A DNA stretch of 55,252 bases from Bacteroidales bacterium (lineage in GTDB: Bacteria > Bacteroidota > Bacteroidia > Bacteroidales > VadinHA17). Made by a program: the position numbers and the translations under genes. The notes under the pieces are model-generated. The model searched no databases. It was not told the DNA's origin and saw only the letters and a program-made list of their open reading frames with translations. The first letter of the stretch is position 1. Each line of letters begins with the position of its first letter. This document shows, piece by piece, positions 1-8,280 of the stretch. The DNA is taken from the NCBI GenBank assembly GCA_003141415.1, contig PLLX01000162.1:7015-62266 (forward strand), read 5' to 3'.

Positions 1-243
1 TTATCGGGACCACGTCATCTGGATAGTTTAATCGTGACACCAAAAGCTCATCCATCTATCGGGATGTTGCAAAAATTCATTCCAACTCTGATACGGACCT
101 AATTTCACTAAAGAACTGGGTCATATTGTATAAATTTTTTCTTGCAACCTGATAACCGGACCATGTTTCTTTTGAAAATAATTAGTATATTTCTGAACTT
201 TATAGAATATTTATAGTTTCGATAAGGGAGCAATGTATCAGGT

Positions 244-1416
244 ATGGCAGAGAAGGCTTATATAACACCAAATGTGCTTAAATGGGCGAGGGAATCAGCA
301 AGGATGTCAGAGGAAATTGCTGCTTCAAAAGTTCCGGTATCTATTGAAAAGCTTAAAGAATGGGAAGAAGGTACAGAGCAACCAACTATTCACCAGGCAG
401 AGACACTTGCTAAAGCATATAGAAGGCCATTCGCCCTCTTTTTTCTCCCGGAAATTCCAATGGATTTTCAACCTCTTCAGGATTATAGGAGAAAAACAGC
501 AAAACCGCTTGGTACAGCATCTATCTTTATAATTAGAGAGATACAGCAAAAACAATCATGGATAAGTGAGGTATACGAAGAGAACCATGATCATAAACTT
601 CCATTTGTTGGTAAATATTCTATTAAAGATGACCCTACAGAAGTTGCCAAAGATATAATTTCTACTCTTAGTATCCATCCATTTCATTATTTGCTGGATA
701 ACCCAGTTAGAGAATGGATTGATAAAGCAGAATCAAAAGGGATATTTATCTCCAGGACGAGTTTTATCCACTCAAGACTTAAACTTGATAGTGAAGAACT
801 ACAGGGATTCACAATCTCTGATCAATATGCTCCATTCGTATTTGTTAATTCAGAAGACTGGGACGCACCGCAACTTTTTACACTTGTACATGAACTAGCT
901 CACATTTGGATCGCAGAATCAGGAATTTCAAATGAGATTGAACCGGACATCAGATTTAAGGACACATTGCATCCAATAGAACTTTTCTGCAATGAAGTTG
1001 CTGCAAATGCACTAATGCCAGATTTGATTATGCGATCCTTGAATGTGCATATATTTAATTCAAGTAAGGATGTTTTCAAAACTGCAAAAGCATTTGGTAT
1101 TAGCTCATTTGCACTTTTATACAGAGCATTTAATCTTGAGCTGATTAATATTGAAAGATATCGTTCTTTAAAAGATGAAGCTCAAAAAGAGTTTGAAGAA
1201 TACTTGTTAAAAGAGGAAGAAAAGAAGACTCAAAAGAAGGAGACAACAGGAGGTCCAAATCCTTATCTGTTAAGGTTAAACAAGAATAGCAGACTTTTTA
1301 CTCAGGTAGTTTTAGATGCTTTCCGCGGCGGATTTATTGACCCTGCTCAAGCAAGTAACTTATTAAATACACAGGTCAATAATTTCCATAAACTTGAAGC
1401 ACAGCTTTATAGATGA
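244..1416 (+). CDS. XRE-HTH + ImmA/IrrE (M78) metallopeptidase fusion
   Basis: N-terminal HTH (LKWARES...EWEEG..PT); HExxH in FTLVHELAH followed by IELFCNEVAA. Confidence 0.9.
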   Translation: MAEKAYITPNVLKWARESARMSEEIAASKVPVSIEKLKEWEEGTEQPTIHQAETLAKAYRRPFALFFLPEIPMDFQPLQDYRRKTAKPLGTASIFIIREIQQKQSWISEVYEENHDHKLPFVGKYSIKDDPTEVAKDIISTLSIHPFHYLLDNPVREWIDKAESKGIFISRTSFIHSRLKLDSEELQGFTISDQYAPFVFVNSEDWDAPQLFTLVHELAHIWIAESGISNEIEPDIRFKDTLHPIELFCNEVAANALMPDLIMRSLNVHIFNSSKDVFKTAKAFGISSFALLYRAFNLELINIERYRSLKDEAQKEFEEYLLKEEEKKTQKKETTGGPNPYLLRLNKNSRLFTQVVLDAFRGGFIDPAQASNLLNTQVNNFHKLEAQLYR

Positions 1417-1931
1417 GTTCAACTAATAATAGATATTGCCTGGACACAAATGTTCTCATCCAAGCTTGGCTAAAGTATTATTCCCCCAAATTTTGTCCTG
1501 ATTATTGGTCAGTTTTAAATGAATTAGGAAATCAAGGTATAATTTTTATTCCTCAGATGGTTAATGAGGAAATACTTCGCACCGATGATGAACTATCACA
1601 ATGGTTAAGAGCTAGTAAAATTCCTGTTGCAAAAGTAGATACAAATGTCACTAATTTCCTGAAGGCAATTTATGCAGCAGATCCAACACATAAAAACCTG
1701 GTTGACAATACCAGGCAAAGGTCGCTTGCTGATCCATGGATAATTGCCCATGCAATAAATGAAAATGCTATCGTAGTTACGAAAGAAGAAAAAGTAACTG
1801 CTGCAAACACAAACAGGATAAAAATCCCCAATGTTTGTGACAATATGGGGATACCCTGGATCAATGATTTTGAATTAATTGAGAGGTTAAATATTCGATT
1901 CTCCTGTGGTATCAGAACAAAACAAGATTAA
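1413..1931 (+). CDS. PIN-domain protein (DUF4411-like)
   Basis: YCLDTNVLI, ADPWIIAHA, VVTKE and KIPNVC motifs; ATGA overlap with the upstream gene. Confidence 0.88.
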   Translation: MSSTNNRYCLDTNVLIQAWLKYYSPKFCPDYWSVLNELGNQGIIFIPQMVNEEILRTDDELSQWLRASKIPVAKVDTNVTNFLKAIYAADPTHKNLVDNTRQRSLADPWIIAHAINENAIVVTKEEKVTAANTNRIKIPNVCDNMGIPWINDFELIERLNIRFSCGIRTKQD

Positions 1932-2362
1932 AATAGTCAGCGTATACCTTGGATTGAGCTATGAAAGCACTTCTTTGGCTAACAAATCGAACATCCAGCA
2001 AGCAGAAATAATTTCTCAACATACTTATTTACATACTGATTTATCACATCATTGCATTAAATGGAGTATTCAGAAGCATAATAAGATACCAGCTGGATCA
2101 CTAAAATGGCAAAAGGAATTAAATTTAATTCCTTTTTTATGTTTTATAATGAGATTGTCTGCTTACCATAAGAGCCTGAATCGCTTCTAAAATAATATCA
2201 CAGCACACATCTTAATCAATTTTGTAATGGTTGTAGAACCTCTCTGTCAGCTGCGTTGCTCTCCCGCGGCAGGCAGGCGACTTCGCTAAAACAGCCTATA
2301 AAGCTGTTTCTTAGCGCTCGGTCCTCCTAAAGGGGGCCTCATTCATAAAAAAGAACTTTTTT

Positions 2363-2388
2363 TGTAATGAAATTGCCTCAGCTGCGTC
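2363..2388 (+). promoter_or_regulatory. Candidate ECF sigma promoter (TGTAAT-N16-CGTC)
   Basis: ECF-type -35/-10 elements about 40 bp upstream of an operon encoding an ECF sigma factor. Confidence 0.45.
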
Positions 2389-2426
2389 ATGTATAAAAAT
2401 CAATTATTAATTTAAATACAGACGCT

Positions 2427-2927
2427 ATGAAAAAAGTTTTAGTATTTATCGTTCTAACGATTACAGTAACAATGGCTTATGGCCAAAAGTCAATCGATGA
2501 CTTATTTAAAAGATATGCCGGTAAAGATGGATTTACGACTGTTACAATAGATGGCAATCTGCTTAAGCTGGCCCGCTGCCTTGGCGACACAGATGATGAG
2601 AATTCAATCCCCAGGCATATAACAGAGATTCGTATTCTAGCACAGGAAGATAACAAAATGAAGGTTGATAACTTTTATAACCTGGTAATTAATGATATTG
2701 ACCTGAAAAACTATGATGAGTTTATGAGAGTAAAAAAATCAGATCAGGATATGAGAATGCTGGTACGAACAGAAGGCAAAACTTTCAAAGAATTTCTGCT
2801 TATAGCCGGTGGGGAAAATAATGCACTTATTCAGATAAAGGGAAACATGACCTTTGAAGAGGCAACGAAGTTTTCAGATGATGCAAAGAAGAAACATGGT
2901 TCGGAAATGGCAGAAATATATAAGTAA
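2427..2927 (+). CDS. Secreted DUF4252-family protein
   Basis: Signal peptide; F.RY.GKDGFTTV.I and IQIKG motifs; ECF operon context. Confidence 0.8.
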   Translation: MKKVLVFIVLTITVTMAYGQKSIDDLFKRYAGKDGFTTVTIDGNLLKLARCLGDTDDENSIPRHITEIRILAQEDNKMKVDNFYNLVINDIDLKNYDEFMRVKKSDQDMRMLVRTEGKTFKEFLLIAGGENNALIQIKGNMTFEEATKFSDDAKKKHGSEMAEIYK

Positions 2928-2977
2928 TTATTAATGTAGCTATCTTTATAAGCATACTATTTATTGCTTAAGCAGGA

Positions 2978-3520
2978 ATGACAAGGGCAGATTTTAATGA
3001 TCTAGTCCGGCAGCTTAACCTGAACTTATACGGTTATGCCTTCCGCATCCTTCATAACCAGGAGGAGGCGGAAGATGCTGTTCAGGAGATTTTCATTAAA
3101 CTATGGAACCTTGGAAATAAGCTTGATGAATATAAAAGTATTGGCGCGTTATCAACTACAATGATAAAAAATTTCTGTATAGATCAGCTAAGAAAAAGAA
3201 AATACTCCAGCCATGAAGAACCAGAGGGAAAGGATTTTCAAAGCTCAGACAGCGCTTCGCCTTATGAACTTATGGAAAGCAGAGAATCAGAAGATATTCT
3301 TTATCACATTATTGATCAATTGCCTGACATATATAAAGATGCAATAAGGCTCAGGGAAATCGAAGGGCTGTCATATGAAGAGATAGCTGATAAAACCCGG
3401 CAGAACATTAATACACTGAGAGTGACTCTGTCAAGGGCACGGAAAATGATCAGAAACGAATTTAATAAATATCAGTATGAGCGAAGAGGAATTAAAGAGG
3501 TTAATCGAAAAGTACTATAA
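2978..3520 (+). CDS. ECF RNA polymerase sigma factor
   Basis: Region 2 AEDAVQEIFIKLW; region 4 EGLSYEEIA...TLSRARK. Confidence 0.95.
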   Translation: MTRADFNDLVRQLNLNLYGYAFRILHNQEEAEDAVQEIFIKLWNLGNKLDEYKSIGALSTTMIKNFCIDQLRKRKYSSHEEPEGKDFQSSDSASPYELMESRESEDILYHIIDQLPDIYKDAIRLREIEGLSYEEIADKTRQNINTLRVTLSRARKMIRNEFNKYQYERRGIKEVNRKVL

Positions 3521-4064
3521 CGGTGAAAGTACTGAAGAAGAGGAGATTGCCTTAAGAGTTTTTTTTCGAAAAGGCAATATTCCTGAGGGCTTTGACGCTG
3601 AAAAGGAAATTTTCAGTTATTATGCTGAATCTCAAGATGTACCTGAGCCATCCATTGACTTTGAAGCCAGGATACTGACAGGAATTGACGCATCAGAAAG
3701 AGAAAGGGGATCACAAAATATCAGAAGGTACCTCATTCCAATCCTGAGTGCAGCAGCCGGGATACTCATACTTACAGGATCTTATTTCTTCTTTATGAAA
3801 AGAGCTGAATCAGTGGACACATTCGCCGATCCTGCAATTGCTTACGCAGAAACAATAAAAATACTAAGGGATGTTTCATCTCAACTGAATCATAGCGCAC
3901 AGGTTCTGGAACCGGTTGGTAAAATGAGCGAGTTTACAAGGAAAAGTTTTAAATCGATAAATAAATCTACCGGAATAGTTGAGAAGAATCTGAAGAACCT
4001 TGATTATCTTCAAAGAGCAATTGACTTATCTCATGTTCCTTCTGATAAAAATATAAACAAATAA
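3477..4064 (+). CDS. Putative membrane anti-sigma factor
   Basis: LIEKYYNGESTEEEE N-terminus, one TM helix, overlaps the sigma gene. Confidence 0.75.
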   Translation: MSEEELKRLIEKYYNGESTEEEEIALRVFFRKGNIPEGFDAEKEIFSYYAESQDVPEPSIDFEARILTGIDASERERGSQNIRRYLIPILSAAAGILILTGSYFFFMKRAESVDTFADPAIAYAETIKILRDVSSQLNHSAQVLEPVGKMSEFTRKSFKSINKSTGIVEKNLKNLDYLQRAIDLSHVPSDKNINK

Positions 4065-4075
4065 AAATCAATGAT

Positions 4076-4603
4076 ATGAAAAAGATTTTTCTTTCTTTAA
4101 CCGTTTTATGCCTGACACTGATGATCCAGGCCCAAAGTAATCCGGTTGATGAGATGTTCAACAAGTACTCTGAAAAGCAAGGATTTACTGTTGTATCCAT
4201 TTCAAGTAAAATGTTCAGTATGTTCGCGAACAAAGATCCGGAAAATAAGGATGCTGATGATATTATAAGCAAACTGAAATCTATTAAGATTCTTTCTGTT
4301 GATGATTCCCTGCTTAATAATAACCTGAATTTTTATACTGAACTTAGTAAAAAGCTTGATCTGTCAGTTTATGAAGAACTTATGGTAGTTAAAACAGGAC
4401 CGGATATTACGAAATTTCTTATTAAGCAAAGTGGAAATACTATTTCGGAATTGCTTGTAGTTAAAGGGGGCCCAGGAGGAAATTCTCTGATTTCAATAAA
4501 AGGTACTCTCAATCTTAAAAATATTTCAGATATGTCAAAAAGTCTTGATATGCAAGAACTTAAAAGCCTGGATAAGATAGAAAAGAAAAGTCCTGAAGAG
4601 TAA
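4076..4603 (+). CDS. Secreted DUF4252-family protein (paralog of 2427-2927)
   Basis: Signal peptide; FNKYSEKQGFTVVSIS and LISIKG motifs. Confidence 0.8.
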   Translation: MKKIFLSLTVLCLTLMIQAQSNPVDEMFNKYSEKQGFTVVSISSKMFSMFANKDPENKDADDIISKLKSIKILSVDDSLLNNNLNFYTELSKKLDLSVYEELMVVKTGPDITKFLIKQSGNTISELLVVKGGPGGNSLISIKGTLNLKNISDMSKSLDMQELKSLDKIEKKSPEE

Positions 4604-4746
4604 AACAAATATTTATTAAAATCAGGAAGCAACCATATTTCATCAGATTTGGTCAAATGATAAGTTGTACTTTAATATACAATACAACTTTAGTATACAT
4701 TTTTTTATATTTGTATTAATTCGAAATATGAATCAACAAAACTGTT

Positions 4747-5832
4747 ATGAATAATCAATTCACAAAACGGTCCGGGATCCTGATGATAAGTCTGTTTTTG
4801 TTTTCACTGGTATCCTTTTCACAATTTAGCAATATTGATTTCCTTAGAAGTGCACCTGCAGATGGTGTAAAATACATCCAGGCTTATGTTTCCCCATGGG
4901 TAAATGCTTTTGGAGCAGGTCTTAACGGTGGTTGGTATAACACCGCAAAGCCTCATAAGCTTTTAGGATTCGATATTACAACAGGAATAAGTGTAGGGAT
5001 CGTACCTACATCTGCAGCAACATTTGATGTTTCCAAGATTGGTCTATCATCTTCATTAACAGGAACTGGCTCTGCATCTACAGTAGCCGGACCCAAGACG
5101 AGTGGTACTCTTATGACCTATAAAGTTAACAATGTCACTCTGGCTTCTTTTAATGCTCCAAAAGGAACCGACTGGAAGTATATCCCGGTACCTACTGCTC
5201 AGATTGGAATTGGTTTACCTTTCGGAACAGAGTTGAAAGTGAGATTCATTCCTAAAATCAATATTAAAGATGGTAATGTTTCTCTTTGGGGAGTTGGTCT
5301 GGTTCACAGCATTATGCAATATATGCCGGGAAATAAATTATTGCCGTTCGATGTATCCCTTTTTGCAGGGTATACCAAATTGCAGGGAAACGTTCCTCTT
5401 AGCCTTGATCCGGATCCTGAAGTTAGTCAGGCATATACAGCTCCATATAGTGCAACCACCTCATTTGATAATCAACTTTTGAAGATAAGTGTTCAGGCTT
5501 TAAATATAAGTGCAATTGCTTCACTTAATTTACCTGTCATTACCTTCTATGGCGGACTTGGATATTGTAAATCCAAGACATTAATGGACCTTTCCGGAAA
5601 CTTTCCAACTCCGGTTTTAATAACTCCGGTTTCTTCTGCTCCTTTTGCACAATATAATAACAGTGGTGTAAAGAAAGGTTCAGATTTTCCCAATATGGAT
5701 ATTGAAAACTTCTCAGGTCTAAGGGCAAATATTGGTTTCAGGATAAAACTGTCAGTTATAACAATTCATGCAGATTACACAAGGGCTCAGTATAACGTTC
5801 TAACGGCAGGTTTGGGAATTTCATTCAGATAA
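4747..5832 (+). CDS. Outer-membrane beta-barrel-like protein (DUF6588-like)
   Basis: Signal peptide; GWYNTAK.HK.LGFD motif; amphipathic strands ending GISFR. Confidence 0.65.
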   Translation: MNNQFTKRSGILMISLFLFSLVSFSQFSNIDFLRSAPADGVKYIQAYVSPWVNAFGAGLNGGWYNTAKPHKLLGFDITTGISVGIVPTSAATFDVSKIGLSSSLTGTGSASTVAGPKTSGTLMTYKVNNVTLASFNAPKGTDWKYIPVPTAQIGIGLPFGTELKVRFIPKINIKDGNVSLWGVGLVHSIMQYMPGNKLLPFDVSLFAGYTKLQGNVPLSLDPDPEVSQAYTAPYSATTSFDNQLLKISVQALNISAIASLNLPVITFYGGLGYCKSKTLMDLSGNFPTPVLITPVSSAPFAQYNNSGVKKGSDFPNMDIENFSGLRANIGFRIKLSVITIHADYTRAQYNVLTAGLGISFR

Positions 5833-5850
5833 AATTAAATCATTTATCAG

Positions 5851-5889
5851 AAAATCCCCGGATCCAAGCGAATCACGGGGATTTTTTTT
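5851..5889 (+). terminator. Intrinsic terminator
   Basis: AAAATCCCCG...CGGGGATTTT stem followed by a T-run. Confidence 0.7.
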
Positions 5890-5950
5890 CCAATCAGAGA
5901 ACTATTTAGGGGTTTTTACAGTTTATAGAATAAATTTAAATACAAAAAGG

Positions 5951-8137
5951 TTGATGAATGCAGATAAGCAGAAAATAAACAGTGGTTACCGGGCATTGCT
6001 TCTGGCTTCAAAAAACACTGTCCCGGCTGAAGATAATCCTGTTATAAGAAGAGCTTTGGATCTTGCAATTCAAGCCTGTGGTGATAAAATAATACTTACC
6101 GGAGAGCCTGAGATCCTTCATGCCCTCTCTGTTGCCAGAATTATTGCCGGAGAGATGGGGCTTGGACTTACCTCAATTATAACTGCTTTATTACATGATT
6201 CTTATAACAATCTTAGTCTGACCCCAAAAGAGCTGGAAAAAGAGTTTGGGAAAAAAGTTGTTGAGATACTTAATGGCTTTGCCCGTATTACCAGTATCGA
6301 TTCCATGCAATCTTCTTACCAGGCAGAAAATTTCCGCAAACTGCTTTTAAGCCTTGCTGATGATGTAAGAGTAATACTTATTAAGCTTATAGAAAGGCTT
6401 GAGTATATGCGTAATCTTGATAATGCTCCGGAAAAAGATAGGATCCCTTTGGCTTCAGAGACTTATTTCCTTTATGCACCATTGGCTCACAGACTGGGCT
6501 TTTATAACATTAAATCGGAAATGGAGGACCTTGCTGTCAAATATCTTGAGCCGGAACAATACACTTATGTCGATTGCCGTCTTAAGCAAACAACAGCTTC
6601 AAGGAATAAACTGATTCGGGACTTTTCGGCTCCGCTCAAAGAAAAACTGGAAAAGCAAGGTTTTAGATTCACCATTAAAAGCCGCACAAAATCAATTCAC
6701 TCCATTATGCTGAAAATGAAAAAGCAGGGTGTGGAATTTGAAGAGGTCTATGATCTCTTTGCTGTAAGAATCATTATTGACAGTCCGGGGGAGAACGAAA
6801 AATCTGATTGCTGGAGGGCTTACTCCGTTGTAACAGACTTATATCAACCCAACCCAAGCAGATTGCGTGACTGGATCTCAATACCAAAATCAAACGGGTA
6901 TGAATCACTTCATACTACAGTAGTTGGACCAAGAGGAAAATGGGTTGAAGTGCAGATCCGATCAGAAAGGATGGATGAGATAGCTGAAAAGGGATTGGCA
7001 GCTCATTTCAAATATAAAGGAATCAAGGGAGAGGGAGGACTTGACTCGTGGTTGTCAAAGATGCGTGAGATACTGGAATCATCGGAGAAAGAAGATAATG
7101 CATTTCTCGATCAGGTGCGATCCGGTCTCTATACTGATGAAGTATTTGTTTTCACGCCAAAAGGTGATCTGCGCCAATTGCCTGTCGGAGCAACAGTTCT
7201 CGATTTTGCCTTCGATATTCATACTGATGTCGGATCGTCATGTGTTGGAGGAAAGGTCAATGGAAAGAATGTGACAATAAGATATGTTCTGCAAAATGGA
7301 GATCACGTTTCTGTTTTAAGATCAAAGAACCAGAAGCCAAAGCAGGATTGGTTGTCGTTCGTAGTTACAACAAAAGCAAAAACAAAAATTAAGCTGGTGC
7401 TTAATGAAGAGAAGACCAAAGCTGCTGCCGAAGGAAAGGAGATTCTGATGCGCCGGATGAAGAACTGGAAAATAGTCTACGGAGATACCCTGATACAAAA
7501 ACTTCTCAATTCTTACAGTCTGAAAACTGCCCAGGATCTTTATTATCTTATTGCAACTGAAAAGATAGAACTTCTTCAGATTAAAGAGGTTTTATTAAAG
7601 GAGGAATCGATTGAAGAGAATATTCCGGTAGCAATGCTGCCAGAAAAAGAACAAAAAGAGCCAGTTGATTCTCAAATATCTGATTATCTGATTATTGAAG
7701 ATAGGGTAGAAGGGCTTGATTATAAACTTTCCAAATGCTGTAATCCGGTGTTCGGTGACAGCGTATTTGGTTTTGTTACAATTTCTGAAGGAATAAAAAT
7801 TCACCGGACAAGCTGTCCGAATGCACATAACATGATGGCCAGATATCCTTACAGGGTAATAGCTGCCCGTTGGTCGATGTCAAAGAGCAGTCCTTCATTC
7901 GTAGCTGCAGTTAAAATAACCGGTATAGAGGATATTGGTATGGTAAATAAAATTGCCGATGTAATTGCTGACCACAAGGCAGTTGTAAGGAGTTTCAATT
8001 ATAATATGACTGATGGCTTGTTTGAAGGGATACTTAATATAATGGTTCCCAACAGCGATGTTCTTCACGGAATTATAAGAAAAATACAAGGTATAAAAGG
8101 GATATTGAAAACAACACGGCATGATAGTGGCCAGTGA
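5951..8137 (+). CDS. relA: Long RelA/SpoT homolog (HD-SYNTH-TGS-ZFD-ACT)
   Basis: YAPLAHRLG, PKSNGYESLHTTV, EVQIRS, VFTPKGD (TGS) and KCCNP motifs. Confidence 0.92.
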   Translation: MMNADKQKINSGYRALLLASKNTVPAEDNPVIRRALDLAIQACGDKIILTGEPEILHALSVARIIAGEMGLGLTSIITALLHDSYNNLSLTPKELEKEFGKKVVEILNGFARITSIDSMQSSYQAENFRKLLLSLADDVRVILIKLIERLEYMRNLDNAPEKDRIPLASETYFLYAPLAHRLGFYNIKSEMEDLAVKYLEPEQYTYVDCRLKQTTASRNKLIRDFSAPLKEKLEKQGFRFTIKSRTKSIHSIMLKMKKQGVEFEEVYDLFAVRIIIDSPGENEKSDCWRAYSVVTDLYQPNPSRLRDWISIPKSNGYESLHTTVVGPRGKWVEVQIRSERMDEIAEKGLAAHFKYKGIKGEGGLDSWLSKMREILESSEKEDNAFLDQVRSGLYTDEVFVFTPKGDLRQLPVGATVLDFAFDIHTDVGSSCVGGKVNGKNVTIRYVLQNGDHVSVLRSKNQKPKQDWLSFVVTTKAKTKIKLVLNEEKTKAAAEGKEILMRRMKNWKIVYGDTLIQKLLNSYSLKTAQDLYYLIATEKIELLQIKEVLLKEESIEENIPVAMLPEKEQKEPVDSQISDYLIIEDRVEGLDYKLSKCCNPVFGDSVFGFVTISEGIKIHRTSCPNAHNMMARYPYRVIAARWSMSKSSPSFVAAVKITGIEDIGMVNKIADVIADHKAVVRSFNYNMTDGLFEGILNIMVPNSDVLHGIIRKIQGIKGILKTTRHDSGQ

Positions 8138-8154
8138 ATTCTTACTGTACACAA

Positions 8155-8280
8155 ACCCCTCTGTCGCTTCGCGACATCTCCCCCGGAGGGAGCGAAAATA
8201 TGCGTTTTTTAATCTGAATTATACTTAAAATCAGAGTTTTTCTCCCCCTGCAAAGGGGGAGTGCCCGAAGGGCGAGGGGG
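8155..8280. repeat. REP-like GC-rich palindromic intergenic repeat
   Basis: CCCCTCTGTCGCTTCGCGACATCTCCCC...CTCCCCCTGCAAAGGGGGAG...GAGGGGG; a related copy lies near 13690. Confidence 0.7.

Noticed and set aside
1-240. Possible gene end or start at the window edge
   Set aside because: The frames I translated are short or interrupted by stops, with no recognisable motif.
1906-2190. 94-aa ORF after the PIN gene
   Set aside because: Overlaps the PIN gene end and has no motifs or clear start; probably spurious.
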